Below the pieces are notes generated by a model. The model was not told the DNA's origin. It did no database searches and was given only the letters and a program-made list of their open reading frames with translations. Shown here in pieces: positions 8,989 through 18,347 of a stretch of 55,512 nt of DNA (positions within the stretch are counted from its first letter, which is position 1; each line of letters starts with the position of its first letter). The DNA is taken from the NCBI GenBank assembly GCA_039029715.1, contig JBCCFN010000001.1, positions 1 to 55,512 on the forward strand, read 5' to 3'. The DNA comes from Actinomycetota bacterium (GTDB taxonomy: Bacteria > Actinomycetota > Acidimicrobiia > Acidimicrobiales > SZUA-35). A program made the position numbers and the translations under genes.

Positions 8989-9795
8989 CTACCCGGCTGC
9001 CGGCAGGTTGATGGTCGCCTCGGCGATCTGATCCTCGGGTACCGGCTGGAGCTGTCCCCGGATGTCGCCATAGAAGGTCTGCTGGACCGTGTGGACATTG
9101 AAGTAGAGCTCGCCCTCGGCGGCGATGTGGGCCATGCCGGCCACCGTCCGGTGGCGGTCACCCGGGATAGCCCGAATGATCGGGCACCCGGCGGTCAAGG
9201 CCCCGACGATGCCCTCGCCCTGGGTCGCTGCTGCGATGTCCTTGTTCGTGACCTCGTAGGACAGCACCCCGTCTGCGAAGTACTCGCTGACATCGCCGGT
9301 TGCCCCGAAGTCGACCATGATCGGGCCGAGCTGGCCCGGTCGACCGCAGTGGATGTGGACCAGGTTGATGTCGTCCGGGTCGATGTTTGCGATCTCGAGG
9401 TGGACGTAGGCCCGGCTCAGCTCGCGGTTGAAAGCCAGCGTGCCGTGGCCTCGGGACTCGCGCTCCTCTCGGTCGGTCGAGGGCTCGGTCGACAGGAACA
9501 CCTCGGGGGCCCCAGACGGGACGTCTTCCTCTTCCTCCGCCTCCTGCTGGGGTGACAGCCAGGACTGGTAGACCAGCCCGATCTCCTCGCCGGCCAGCGG
9601 GTCGAGCCCGATGTCGAACACGACCGGGATCTCGTCCTTGGGGTCGAGCATGGCGCCGTGGGCGTGGCCGCCGCCGGTGCCCGGCGGGCCGGTGATGACG
9701 AAGTAGGCAATGACCATGGCGGCAACGCCGGCGACGATGCCCAGGATGGTGAAGAAGCCCCGGATCGTCGTGAGGAGGAATCGAACGAACGGCAT
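8989..9795 (-). CDS. membrane-anchored CHRD domain protein
   Basis: An N-terminal TM helix (FFTILGIVAGVAAMVIAYFVI) is followed by an acidic linker and the CHRD signatures GHGTLAF.., VHIHCGRPGQLGP.., ELYFNVHT....GDIRGQL. Confidence 0.75.
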   Translation of the reverse strand: MPFVRFLLTTIRGFFTILGIVAGVAAMVIAYFVITGPPGTGGGHAHGAMLDPKDEIPVVFDIGLDPLAGEEIGLVYQSWLSPQQEAEEEEDVPSGAPEVFLSTEPSTDREERESRGHGTLAFNRELSRAYVHLEIANIDPDDINLVHIHCGRPGQLGPIMVDFGATGDVSEYFADGVLSYEVTNKDIAAATQGEGIVGALTAGCPIIRAIPGDRHRTVAGMAHIAAEGELYFNVHTVQQTFYGDIRGQLQPVPEDQIAEATINLPAAG

Positions 9796-9848
9796 GGTGC
9801 GGACCTTTCGGGTACACAGGATCAGAGATGAGCAGAAATGAGTTAGAT

Positions 9849-9875
9849 CTCAGTATTGAGACTTTGCTCAGTATT
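9849..9875 (+). promoter_or_regulatory. two CTCAGTATT boxes in the divergent CHRD / membrane-protein promoter region (candidate TetR operator)
   Basis: CTCAGTATTGAG (9849-9860) and CTCAGTATT (9867-9875) lie 18 nt apart in an AT-rich gap. The first box is the exact reverse complement of 3913-3924. Confidence 0.4.
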
Positions 9876-9891
9876 TGCTAGCGTGCTCCGC

Positions 9892-10377
9892 ATGTCAAGC
9901 CCAACGACAGCGAACAACGTCCTCCGCTCCCTCCTCGCCCCGTCCCCGGTCTCCGGCCGAGAGACCCGAAACGAACGGCTCGGCTACACGGCCATCTCCG
10001 TCCTGGTGGCGATCGCCATGTTCCTGGCCGCATCGGGTTCGGGCTCCGGTCAGTACGTGACCGCCGAGCCGCCGCCGGACGCCCTCAACATCGCAGGCAA
10101 CGTGTTCGCCGCCGCCATCGGGATCATGGTCCTGATCCCCCGCACCCGGGTGTTCGGGGCGATCCTGGCCGTCGGCAACATGTTCATCTCGATGTATCTC
10201 AACTACACCTATGACGGTGTCGAGTACTTCGTCGACCTGATCCCCTACAACACGGTCACGATCATGCTGGCCTCGATCCTGGTCGGGCACTACGAGCCGG
10301 ATCTGGCCCGGTTGGCTCCGCCCAAGCGCAACGTCGAGGACGATGCAGGGGCCGTACCGGTCGATCTCGACGCATGA
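9892..10377 (+). CDS. small integral membrane protein, unknown family
   Basis: From ORF 9856..10377. Four hydrophobic segments. The start is ATG 9892 (MSSPTT). Its stop overlaps the next gene (ATGA). Confidence 0.6.
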   Translation: MSSPTTANNVLRSLLAPSPVSGRETRNERLGYTAISVLVAIAMFLAASGSGSGQYVTAEPPPDALNIAGNVFAAAIGIMVLIPRTRVFGAILAVGNMFISMYLNYTYDGVEYFVDLIPYNTVTIMLASILVGHYEPDLARLAPPKRNVEDDAGAVPVDLDA

Positions 10378-10856
10378 GCACGGCCGTGCGACGGATCGAG
10401 CATGTCGTGGCTGTCCTCGTCGGCCTGAGTTTCCTGCTGTTCGGGGCAGCGAAATTCACCGGGCGGGGCCCGTCGTTCAAGTACATCGAATACCAATCGG
10501 GCTTCGAGTGGGTCGACCCGCTGCTCACCTACGCCACCGGCGTCTGCGAGGTCGCAGCGGGGGTGCTGCTGCTCATCCCGGCGTCGAGGGCCCCCTGGGC
10601 CCGGTTGGCCGGGAGTGCCCTGGTCGTGGCGATCATGATCGGCGCGTTCGCCCTGCACCTGTCGCCATGGCTCGGCGTCTCGACCCCGACCGGCACGGTC
10701 GACGGGGCGGCCGCTCCCTGGACGGCGTCTGACTTCGTTTCCCAGCGATCGTCGCGGCAGTTCGTCCTGTCCATCGTCTTCGCCGCGCTGGGGGCCTGGC
10801 TGCTCGCCCGCATCTCGTTGCACCGGCCCGGTCCGGACACCACCCGCTCCAACTGA
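10374..10856 (+). CDS. DoxX family membrane protein
   Basis: Four TM segments with the DoxX-like N-terminus (VAVLVGLSFLLFGAAKF) and ..GVCEVAAGVLLLIP... Confidence 0.65.
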   Translation: MSTAVRRIEHVVAVLVGLSFLLFGAAKFTGRGPSFKYIEYQSGFEWVDPLLTYATGVCEVAAGVLLLIPASRAPWARLAGSALVVAIMIGAFALHLSPWLGVSTPTGTVDGAAAPWTASDFVSQRSSRQFVLSIVFAALGAWLLARISLHRPGPDTTRSN

Positions 10857-10867
10857 AAGGACGTTCC

Positions 10868-11467
10868 ATGCCAAGAATCACCCCACTGCCGGCCGCCGAG
10901 GTCGCACATCTCGAACCCCAGTTCGAAGCGACGAGGCTGGTCCTCGGCTTCGTGCCGAACTCCGCACCCACGATGGCCAGGGTCCCCGGCCTCCTCGAAG
11001 GGTTCGGAGAGCTGGGTGCCGCCGTCTTCCTCAACGCCGGCGTCGAGCCGACCCTGCTCCAGATGGTCGGCCAGATCGCATCGAGTGTGTCCGGGTGCCG
11101 GTACTGTCAGGCTCACACCGCCGCCGGTGCGAACAACCTCGGCGTGCCGGAGGAGAAGCTCGCCGACCTCTGGCTGTGGGAGACCTCCGAGCACTTCGAT
11201 GACGCAGAGCGGGCCGCCCTCCGTCTGGCCTTCCATGCAGCCTCGGTGCCAAACACGACGACCGATGAGCACTTCGATGACCTCCGCCAGCACTTCGACG
11301 ACCGCCAGATCGCCGGCCTGGTCGGGGTGATCTCCCTGTACGGCTTCCTCAACCGGTGGAACGACACGGTCGCAACCGAGCTCGAGGACGAGGCCAGCGG
11401 GTTCGCCGGCCGGGTGCTGGCTGCCGGCGGGTGGGAACCCGGTAGACACGCCCCGACCGAACGGTGA
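10868..11467 (+). CDS. carboxymuconolactone decarboxylase / AhpD-like family protein
   Basis: The AhpD-core motif CRYCQAH (CxxCxxH) is present, with family-typical flanks (..VSGCRYCQAHTAAGA.., ..LYGFLNRWND..). Confidence 0.8.
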   Translation: MPRITPLPAAEVAHLEPQFEATRLVLGFVPNSAPTMARVPGLLEGFGELGAAVFLNAGVEPTLLQMVGQIASSVSGCRYCQAHTAAGANNLGVPEEKLADLWLWETSEHFDDAERAALRLAFHAASVPNTTTDEHFDDLRQHFDDRQIAGLVGVISLYGFLNRWNDTVATELEDEASGFAGRVLAAGGWEPGRHAPTER

Positions 11468-11492
11468 GTCCGAGGTAGGAGCCCGGGGTCGG

Positions 11493-13916
11493 TCAGCGGG
11501 CCGAGAGCATCCGTGCGACCCAGGCCGGGACGAGCCACACGCCGAGCCCGGCCACCACTGCGCCGACCGCGGTGATCGTCCAGCCCCTGCCGTCGAGGAG
11601 CACGAGCTGGAAGTAGTCCCGCAGGACCGAGATCGACATCAGGAGCACGTACAGCACCCCCATCAGCACCGCCAGCCCGACCTTCCACGGCCGCAGCGGG
11701 CGGCTGACGACGACCAGGGTGACCAGGCCGGCACCGAGCAGCGTGATCGTCGCTGCGGTCCGGCCGTCGGCCAGCGCATCGATACGGTCGCTCCGGCGGA
11801 CGATCTCGTAGACGACGAAGGCGCAGGCCCCGGCCCAGGCCCCGGCCGGGAGCGAGTAGGTCAGCACCCGGCGGAGGAAGCCCGGCTGGACCAGGGCTTC
11901 GTTCTGGGAGAGGGCGAGGGCGAAGCCGGGGAGCCCGATCGAGAACGTGCCGACCAGGGTCAGCTGCCGGGGCAGGAACGGGAACGGGGAGCCGATGATG
12001 CTGACCAGCACCGTCAACAGCACCGCATAGGTGGCCTTGGTGATGAACAGGTTTGCCACCCGCTCGATGTTGTTGATGACCCGTCGGCCCTCGGTCAGGA
12101 CCCGGGGCAGGGTGGAGAACCGGTTGTCGAGCAGGACCAGCTGGGCCACGGCCCGGGTCGATGAACTGCCGGCACCCATGGCGATGCCCATGTCTGCGTC
12201 CTTGAGGGCCAACACGTCGTTCACCCCGTCGCCGGTCATGGCCACGACATGGCCATCGTTCTGGAGGGAGCGCACCATGGCCCGCTTCTGGTGGGGGGTC
12301 ACCCGGCCGAACACCGCCGTCGCCGCCACCTGTGATGCGAATGCGTCGCTGTCGGTGTCTGGGAGCGCCCGGGCATCCATGCTGGCCTCGGCGTTCGGGA
12401 CGCCGGCCCGGTGGGCCACGGCGGCCACCGTGGCCGGGTTGTCGCCGGAGATCACCGTGAGATCGACCCCCTGGGACCGGAAGAACGCAAGGATCTCCGG
12501 GGCGTCGGAACGGATCGTGTCCTCGAGCAGCACCAGGGCCAGTGGGCGGCGGCCGTCTGGCAGGATCTCGGCCGGGTGATCGCCGTCGGCGTGGCTGAGG
12601 ACCAGGACCCGGCTGCCGGCTTCGGCATGGTGGCGAACCCGCGACAGGGCGTCGGCGTCCGCAGGGTCGATGAGGATCTCCGGTGCGCCGAGGAAGAACG
12701 TGCCTCGGTCGACGAACCGGGTCGCCGCCCACTTGCGGGCCGAGCTGAACGGCGTGATCCGCTCTACCGTCCAGTCGCTCGGCGCCGGGTGGGCGGCCAT
12801 GATCGCGGCCAGGGTGGCATTCGGGCTCGGGTCGGCCGGGCCGAGCGCCCCCAGGGCATCGGTGGCGAACTCCGGGTCGACGCCGGGCAGGACCTCGATG
12901 TCGCCGAAGGAGATCTCGCCGGTGGTGATCGTGCCGGTCTTGTCGAGGCAGAGCATGTCGACCCTGGCCAGCAACTCGACCGATGCAAGCTCCTTGGCCA
13001 GGGCCTGGCGGCGTGCCAGGGCGATCACGCCGACGATGAACGCCAGGCTGGTCAGCAGCACCAGCCCGTCCGGCACCATGGCCACCGCTGCGGCCACAGT
13101 GCCCTGGAGGGCATCCTGCCACCGATCGACCTCGTCGCTCCCAAGTAGCCGCCACAGCAGGAACAGCGACGCCGGGGGGATGATGAAGGTCAGCCAGCGA
13201 AGGATCTTGTCGACCCCACGCCGGAGCTCACTGTCGGCCAGCTTGAAGACCTTGGCCTCCTCGGCCAGGGTCGCGGCGTAGGCCTCGGCCCCGATGGCGG
13301 TCGCGACGTAGGTGCCGGAGCCCGATGACACGAAGCTCCCGGACAGCACCCGGTCGCCCGGGTGTTTCTCGATCGGGTCGGCCTCGCCGGTGAGGAGCGA
13401 CTCGTCGAGATCGAGCCCGACGGCATCGACGATCTCGCCGTCGACCACCACCTGATCGCCGGGCTGTAAGACCAGGAGATCGTCTGCGACGACCTCGGCG
13501 ACCGAGAGTTCGACTTCACGCCCGTCCCGGCGGGCGGTGGCCCTCGGGGCGTTGAGCAGCTCCAACTGCTGGAGGGTCCGCCGGGCCCGGAGCTCTTGGG
13601 CGACCCCGATCACCGAGTTGGAGATGACGACCCCGGCGAACAGGGCATCGCGGGGGTAACCGGCCGCCATGATCAGGACGAACAGGGTCGAGATGATGGC
13701 ATTGACCGGGGTGAACACGTTGGCCCGGATGATCTCGCCCAGGGTCCGGACCGGCGCCGCCGGCACGTCGTTGATCCGCCCGTCCTCGATTCGCTCGGCC
13801 ACCTGGGCCGCCGTCAGGCCGGCCGTTGTATCCACCGCGTGCACGGTGACCGAGGCTACCCAGTCGGACCGCCAACCAAGGTTCGGTGGCGTTTGCCGTC
13901 CATGAGCCCGGTGCAT
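11493..13916 (-). CDS. cation-translocating P-type ATPase (HAD-IC; CtpE-like architecture)
   Basis: Motifs: TGEADP (actuator), PDGL in M4, DKTGTIT (phosphorylation site), MTGDGVNDVLALKDADMGIAMG (hinge), and about 10 TM segments. No N-terminal heavy-metal-binding domain. The start is uncertain: ATG 13916, or GTG 13844 / 13835. Confidence 0.88.
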   Translation of the reverse strand: MHRAHGRQTPPNLGWRSDWVASVTVHAVDTTAGLTAAQVAERIEDGRINDVPAAPVRTLGEIIRANVFTPVNAIISTLFVLIMAAGYPRDALFAGVVISNSVIGVAQELRARRTLQQLELLNAPRATARRDGREVELSVAEVVADDLLVLQPGDQVVVDGEIVDAVGLDLDESLLTGEADPIEKHPGDRVLSGSFVSSGSGTYVATAIGAEAYAATLAEEAKVFKLADSELRRGVDKILRWLTFIIPPASLFLLWRLLGSDEVDRWQDALQGTVAAAVAMVPDGLVLLTSLAFIVGVIALARRQALAKELASVELLARVDMLCLDKTGTITTGEISFGDIEVLPGVDPEFATDALGALGPADPSPNATLAAIMAAHPAPSDWTVERITPFSSARKWAATRFVDRGTFFLGAPEILIDPADADALSRVRHHAEAGSRVLVLSHADGDHPAEILPDGRRPLALVLLEDTIRSDAPEILAFFRSQGVDLTVISGDNPATVAAVAHRAGVPNAEASMDARALPDTDSDAFASQVAATAVFGRVTPHQKRAMVRSLQNDGHVVAMTGDGVNDVLALKDADMGIAMGAGSSSTRAVAQLVLLDNRFSTLPRVLTEGRRVINNIERVANLFITKATYAVLLTVLVSIIGSPFPFLPRQLTLVGTFSIGLPGFALALSQNEALVQPGFLRRVLTYSLPAGAWAGACAFVVYEIVRRSDRIDALADGRTAATITLLGAGLVTLVVVSRPLRPWKVGLAVLMGVLYVLLMSISVLRDYFQLVLLDGRGWTITAVGAVVAGLGVWLVPAWVARMLSAR

Positions 13917-13985
13917 CGGGGATCCTGCGCATGCTCATCGTCGCAGTTGGTCAGTCGGCAGGCCGAGGGCACGGGCCCGTGCACG

Positions 13986-14582
13986 TCATCGGGTTTCGAG
14001 CAGGTGGGCTGCGGCGGTGGCGAGGGCGGTGAGTCTTCGACGGTAGGTGGCCGGTGACGGCAGGTCGCCGCCAAGCCCGGCGGGGGAGAGGATCAACAGG
14101 TCGATGGCGATGGCGCGGGTCTCGGCATCGACCGAGGACTTGGAGTTGATGAAGGCCCGGAGTCCGCTTCGGGCTCGCTCGTAGGCGGCGTTTGCGACGT
14201 CCGCGGCGAACTCGTGCCTGGCCTCGATGAGCTCGGTGCCGAACGGGGTGGCGGCCAGGCTCTCGTACCCATCGGCCTTCAGTCGCTGGAGGTATCCGTC
14301 GAGGCGCTCGGTCACCGAGCCGTCTGCCATGAGGGCGGCGAGGGCGGCATCGGTGGCATCCTCGGACACGGCCTGGAACGCAGAGCGGAACAGGTCGGCC
14401 CGGTTGTCGAAGTACTGGTAGACGGTCGGGCGTGAGACGCCGGCGGCCTTGGCCAGATCGGCCATGGAGGTGCCACGAAAGCCCTGGCTGGCGAACACGT
14501 CGATCGCGGCGCGCCTGATCTGCTCGGCACGGCGCTCTCGCTCCGGGGTCGTCCGGCATGACACCAGCCAAGCTTGACACAT
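13986..14582 (-). CDS. TetR/AcrR family transcriptional regulator
   Basis: HTH: IRRAAIDVFASQGFRGTSMADLAKAAGVSRPTVYQYFDNR. The start is ambiguous (ATG 14621, ATG 14582, GTG 14564). I prefer a shorter form because a palindrome lies at 14592-14622. Confidence 0.85.
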   Translation of the reverse strand: MCQAWLVSCRTTPERERRAEQIRRAAIDVFASQGFRGTSMADLAKAAGVSRPTVYQYFDNRADLFRSAFQAVSEDATDAALAALMADGSVTERLDGYLQRLKADGYESLAATPFGTELIEARHEFAADVANAAYERARSGLRAFINSKSSVDAETRAIAIDLLILSPAGLGGDLPSPATYRRRLTALATAAAHLLETR

Positions 14583-14591
14583 CACCCGCGA

Positions 14592-14622
14592 AATGTCAGT
14601 CTGGTCCACGTCGGCTGACATT
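14592..14622. promoter_or_regulatory. inverted repeat AATGTCAG-N15-CTGACATT (candidate TetR operator)
   Basis: An 8-bp perfect inverted repeat, read directly. It lies between the TetR gene and the divergent SDR gene if the shorter TetR start is used. Confidence 0.35.
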
Positions 14623-14804
14623 CGAGCCCCTGGTTGTCAATCAACGGGTTGGGGTCTTCGGCCGATGAACGTCGTGGTCGAGGTTATCGGATCGTCGGTC
14701 GCTCCCGAATCGAGGGACGTCATGACGCACTCGCGGTCCTGCCCGATCGCTCGGCCGACCCTCGATCTGACGTTTTCAAGCCAGAACGTAAAAGGAGAGT
14801 AGCC

Positions 14805-15629
14805 ATGACAACGAATCGCCCCATCGAGGGTCGCACCGTTTGCGTGACCGGTGCCTCTAGCGGGTTCGGCCGTCTGATCGCCGAACACCTGGGCTCGCTC
14901 GGAGCCCACGTGTTCCTGACCGGCCGGACCGCCGAGCCGATGGAAGCGTCGGCGGCGGCCATCACTGCGGCCGGTGGTTCCGCCGAGGTTGCGGTCTTCG
15001 ACGTCACCGACAGCGCAGCACTGCAGGGGTGGATCCAGGGCGCAGCCGAGTCGACGGGCCGGCTCGATGTGCTGGTCAACAATGCCGGCTTCGGCAAGAC
15101 CGGCGAGACCATCGCGGATGGTGACCCCGAGTTCTGGCGAGCCATGCTCGAGGTCAACGTCCTCGCCCTGGCGGTCGGCTGTCAGGCAGCGATCAGGGCG
15201 ATGCGGGCCACCGGGTCCGAAGGCAACATCATCAACATCTCCTCCGTCGCGGCCATCCGGAGGGAGTCGGGGGTCTACGGGGCAACCAAGCACGCCGTGA
15301 ACTGCATCAACTCGACCATGCGTCAGGAGCTTGAGGACGACAGCATCCGGGTCACCTCGATCATGCCCGGCGCGTTCGCAACCAACTTCGCCCGGAACAC
15401 CGACCGGGCCATCATCGAAGGGTTCGCCGCCGCCGTCGGTATCGACGAGGTGGACATGGATGAGGCCGGTCGCGTCTCCCAGGAGCAGATCGACCGATTC
15501 CAGGCCGCCATGCCAGACGCTTACGGCGATGCCGGCCACATCGCCCGGGCGGTCGAGTACGTCGTGTCCCAGCCGATCGAGCTCAACATCGAGGAACTCG
15601 TCATCCGCCCCCAGAAGAGCCTCTTCTGA
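14805..15629 (+). CDS. SDR family oxidoreductase
   Basis: From ORF 14634..15629. The start is ATG 14805, preceded by AAAGGAGAG. Motifs: VTGASSGFG, NNAG, YGATKHAV (YxxxK). Confidence 0.88.
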   Translation: MTTNRPIEGRTVCVTGASSGFGRLIAEHLGSLGAHVFLTGRTAEPMEASAAAITAAGGSAEVAVFDVTDSAALQGWIQGAAESTGRLDVLVNNAGFGKTGETIADGDPEFWRAMLEVNVLALAVGCQAAIRAMRATGSEGNIINISSVAAIRRESGVYGATKHAVNCINSTMRQELEDDSIRVTSIMPGAFATNFARNTDRAIIEGFAAAVGIDEVDMDEAGRVSQEQIDRFQAAMPDAYGDAGHIARAVEYVVSQPIELNIEELVIRPQKSLF

Positions 15630-15887
15630 CCTCGGCCGGACCCGGGTCGGACCGTGGGGTGCGACCGGTGACGGATGGTCGAGATCGGACCACCCGTTGT
15701 CGGTTGCACACCTCGACGACGGATGCGGGCGGGTCCAAGATCTCGACTGGGTCGGCGGTGCCGACGACGACGAGGCGGGGCAGGAGGCACCGGTGGATCA
15801 CGAGACTCACGCCACGCTCGACACGATCACAACTCCCATCGGTGCGACCGGACCGGGTGCGGTCGGTGCGTCGGTCGGTCAGCACCC

Positions 15888-16520
15888 GTGAGGCGATCGG
15901 CGACGATCGCTGCGCCGGGCCGTCGTCGGTCTCCGGCGTGGTTGGTCCCGGCAGTGGTCGTCGCCGCGGCCTGCAGCTCGGTCAGCCTCCCCCAGGGGGA
16001 TGGTCCGACGGGTGACGAACTCGTCCTCGACGCCGGCGAGGCGATCGAACTGGCGCCTCGTGATGGCCCGCGGCGGGAGACCTCTGGCGATGTCCCGCAC
16101 GTCCAACTGGATGCCGCCCCGGTGCCGGAACTCGACGAGGAGCTTCGTCGCCGGATCTTCTCCCTTCCCGGGATCGAGGATCGACCGTCCGATCGGTCGC
16201 TTCCCGGGGCTCGGGGGTTGGCCTTCGTCGATCAGAGCACGCTGGCCCGGGCCGAGGTCATCGCCGGCAGCAGCGAGTTCGCCCACGTGCATCCGGACGG
16301 GAGTCTCCACGTCTGGACCTCGGTGGCATCTGCGGCCGAGATCGACGGGGCCGGGTGGGGCGAGCTGCACCCCTGGGCCGAACGTGACGGCTTCTGGCCC
16401 GGGGTGGTGATGGTGTTCACGCCGGAGACTGCGGCGGAGGTCGAGGTCGTGCTGGCGGTGGTCGTCGACGCCTACAACTTCGTGACCGGTGCGGATCTGA
16501 CCCCCGCCGACATCCCGTGA
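15888..16520 (+). CDS. putative lipoprotein with a luciferase-domain (DUF5519)-like C-terminal region
   Basis: From ORF 15675..16520. The in-frame GTG 15888 gives VRRSATIAAPGRRRSPAWLVPAVVVAAAC-SS, i.e. a charged n-region, an h-region and a lipobox Cys. The segment EFAHVHPDGSLHVW...GWGELHPWA...VVMVFTP resembles that family. The family name is from memory and is not verified. Confidence 0.55.
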   Translation: MRRSATIAAPGRRRSPAWLVPAVVVAAACSSVSLPQGDGPTGDELVLDAGEAIELAPRDGPRRETSGDVPHVQLDAAPVPELDEELRRRIFSLPGIEDRPSDRSLPGARGLAFVDQSTLARAEVIAGSSEFAHVHPDGSLHVWTSVASAAEIDGAGWGELHPWAERDGFWPGVVMVFTPETAAEVEVVLAVVVDAYNFVTGADLTPADIP

Positions 16521-16548
16521 GCGACGCCAACGTCGAGGCCGCACCCTG

Positions 16549-17424
16549 CTAGGGGTGGTGGCGAATCGTCGAGGGCGGCTGTCCGAGTTGGCGCTTGACG
16601 AACTTCGAGAAGTTCGACGGGTCGGTGAACCCGAAGTCGGCCCCGATCGAGGCCACCGAGCGGTCGGTGTGGGTCAAGAGTCGTCTGACCTCGAGCGCGA
16701 TCCGCTCGTCGAGGACCTGCTTCGCCGTCCTGCCGACGACGAAGTCGCAGGCCCGATCGAGGGTCCTCGTGCTGTAACCGATCGCCGCGGCAAGGGCGGA
16801 GACGGTCGGTCGTTCGTACAGATCGGCTTCGATCGCGGTGCGGAGGTCGAGGTAGGGGCGGGGGAGGCGACTGGTCGCCACGTCGCCGTTCGGGAGGGCG
16901 GTCTTGAGCCGGAGCAGGAACGCATGGAGCACGGCCAGAAGGAGTTCACGCCCGGCCGGCGTGCCATCGAAGTCGGCCTGTTCCGCTGCGAGGTCCGCGA
17001 GCCAACCGAGCAGTCGGTCGAGGTCTGCTTCACCCAGCTCCCATCGGGTCGGCGTGTCGCTCCCGGGAAGCCAGTCCGGTAGGCCGACGTTGTCCCGCTG
17101 CGAGTCCAGGGGCCAGACGATCATCGTTGCGTCGAACCGTTGATCGGCGACGAATCGCTGCACCTGGCCCGGGTGGATCTTCAGGACACTGCCCCGCCGG
17201 AGTCGCACCGGCTCGAAGTCGACGACGTGGGAGCCCCCGCCCCCGGTGCAGACGACGAGTTGATGGAACCCCGGTCGTTGGCGGAGATCGAAGTCCTCGA
17301 CCGACTTCTTGGCCAGGATCCGCGATCGGTCGAGCACCTCGTATGGCAGCCCGATGCCCGCATCGTCTGGCTCGTAGTCGACGTGCACTGGTGCCTCGAG
17401 CGTGTGTTGCCGGTAGCTGGCCAT
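16549..17424 (-). CDS. AraC family transcriptional regulator
   Basis: A C-terminal double HTH (..LAAAIGYSTRTLDRACDFVVGRTAKQVLDERIALEVRRLLTHTDRSVASIGADFGFTDPSNFSKFVKRQLG..), with an N-terminal cupin-like sensor. Confidence 0.9.
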   Translation of the reverse strand: MASYRQHTLEAPVHVDYEPDDAGIGLPYEVLDRSRILAKKSVEDFDLRQRPGFHQLVVCTGGGGSHVVDFEPVRLRRGSVLKIHPGQVQRFVADQRFDATMIVWPLDSQRDNVGLPDWLPGSDTPTRWELGEADLDRLLGWLADLAAEQADFDGTPAGRELLLAVLHAFLLRLKTALPNGDVATSRLPRPYLDLRTAIEADLYERPTVSALAAAIGYSTRTLDRACDFVVGRTAKQVLDERIALEVRRLLTHTDRSVASIGADFGFTDPSNFSKFVKRQLGQPPSTIRHHP

Positions 17425-17506
17425 CGCATCCGCTCCCTTCGACTACAAAGTGTAGCTTAGGGTACAACACGTTGCTTAAATCGTCGAGCGGTCCCGGCAC
17501 GAGCCG

Positions 17507-18085
17507 TCAGGACAGGACGGCCCGAAAGCCCGCCGCCGCCTCGTCGACGTCGGCCTGCCCGATCGGTTCCAGAATCACCAGCCACCGGTAGAGCATGGGG
17601 CCGGCCAGACGGTTGGCCAGCTCAACGCCGTCGACATCGGACGGGAGCTCGCCAGCCATCTTGGCGCGATCGATCACGGCGATCGTCTGGTCGAGCAGGC
17701 CGAGGACGAACCGGCGCTGGGCGGCGGCGAACGTCTCGTCGTGTGAGGCGCGGTCGGCCAGTGCGGCGAAGATCGGTCGAACCTTCTTCATCGTGAGGCG
17801 GTTGCACAGGTTCGAGAGCGTCCGCTCGAAATCGGCTGCGAAGTCGCCGCTGTCCGGCGCCGGTCCGTGCGGCTCGATCAGGTGATCGATCGTCGCCAGG
17901 AGGAGCGACGATCGATCCGGCCAGTGGCGGTAGATCGTGGTTCGGGCCAGGTCCGCCTCCACTGCGATCTTCGCCGCCGTCACCTCGTCGGTGCCGCCGC
18001 TCAGCAGCAAGCCGACCGCGGCATCCAGAGCGACCTGCCTGACCCGGGTGGTCCGCGGGTTCTCCCGTTGGTCGTCGAGCGTCAT
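17507..18085 (-). CDS. TetR/AcrR family transcriptional regulator
   Basis: HTH: VRQVALDAAVGLLLSGGTDEVTAAKIAVEADLARTTIYRHWPDR. Confidence 0.88.
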   Translation of the reverse strand: MTLDDQRENPRTTRVRQVALDAAVGLLLSGGTDEVTAAKIAVEADLARTTIYRHWPDRSSLLLATIDHLIEPHGPAPDSGDFAADFERTLSNLCNRLTMKKVRPIFAALADRASHDETFAAAQRRFVLGLLDQTIAVIDRAKMAGELPSDVDGVELANRLAGPMLYRWLVILEPIGQADVDEAAAGFRAVLS

Positions 18086-18347
18086 GATCCGGTCGCTCTC
18101 GGCTCCACCGGCACGGGTTCGCGCGCAACGACCAACCGCATCGGCCCAATCGTAACGCTGGCGGCGGCCCCACTGGTGGGAGGACCGCAGTTGATCGGCC
18201 GCCGGTCGGCGACCCCGGCGTCGAGGTCCGGCCGGTGGTCAAGATCGGACCAGGAGGAGTCGGCGGGGCACCTCGACGCTCCTCCGACTTGCGACGACGC
18301 TGCGAAAAAGGTCCCAGAGGTTGGGACGTGACACGAGGAGAGACACA

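Noticed and set aside
11113-13155. A 680-aa minus-strand ORF overlapping the P-type ATPase gene in another frame, plus the plus-strand ORFs 12031..13281.
   Set aside because: The ATPase frame carries DKTGT, TGDGVND and the TM helices. The alternative frames are Arg/Pro-rich shadows of it.
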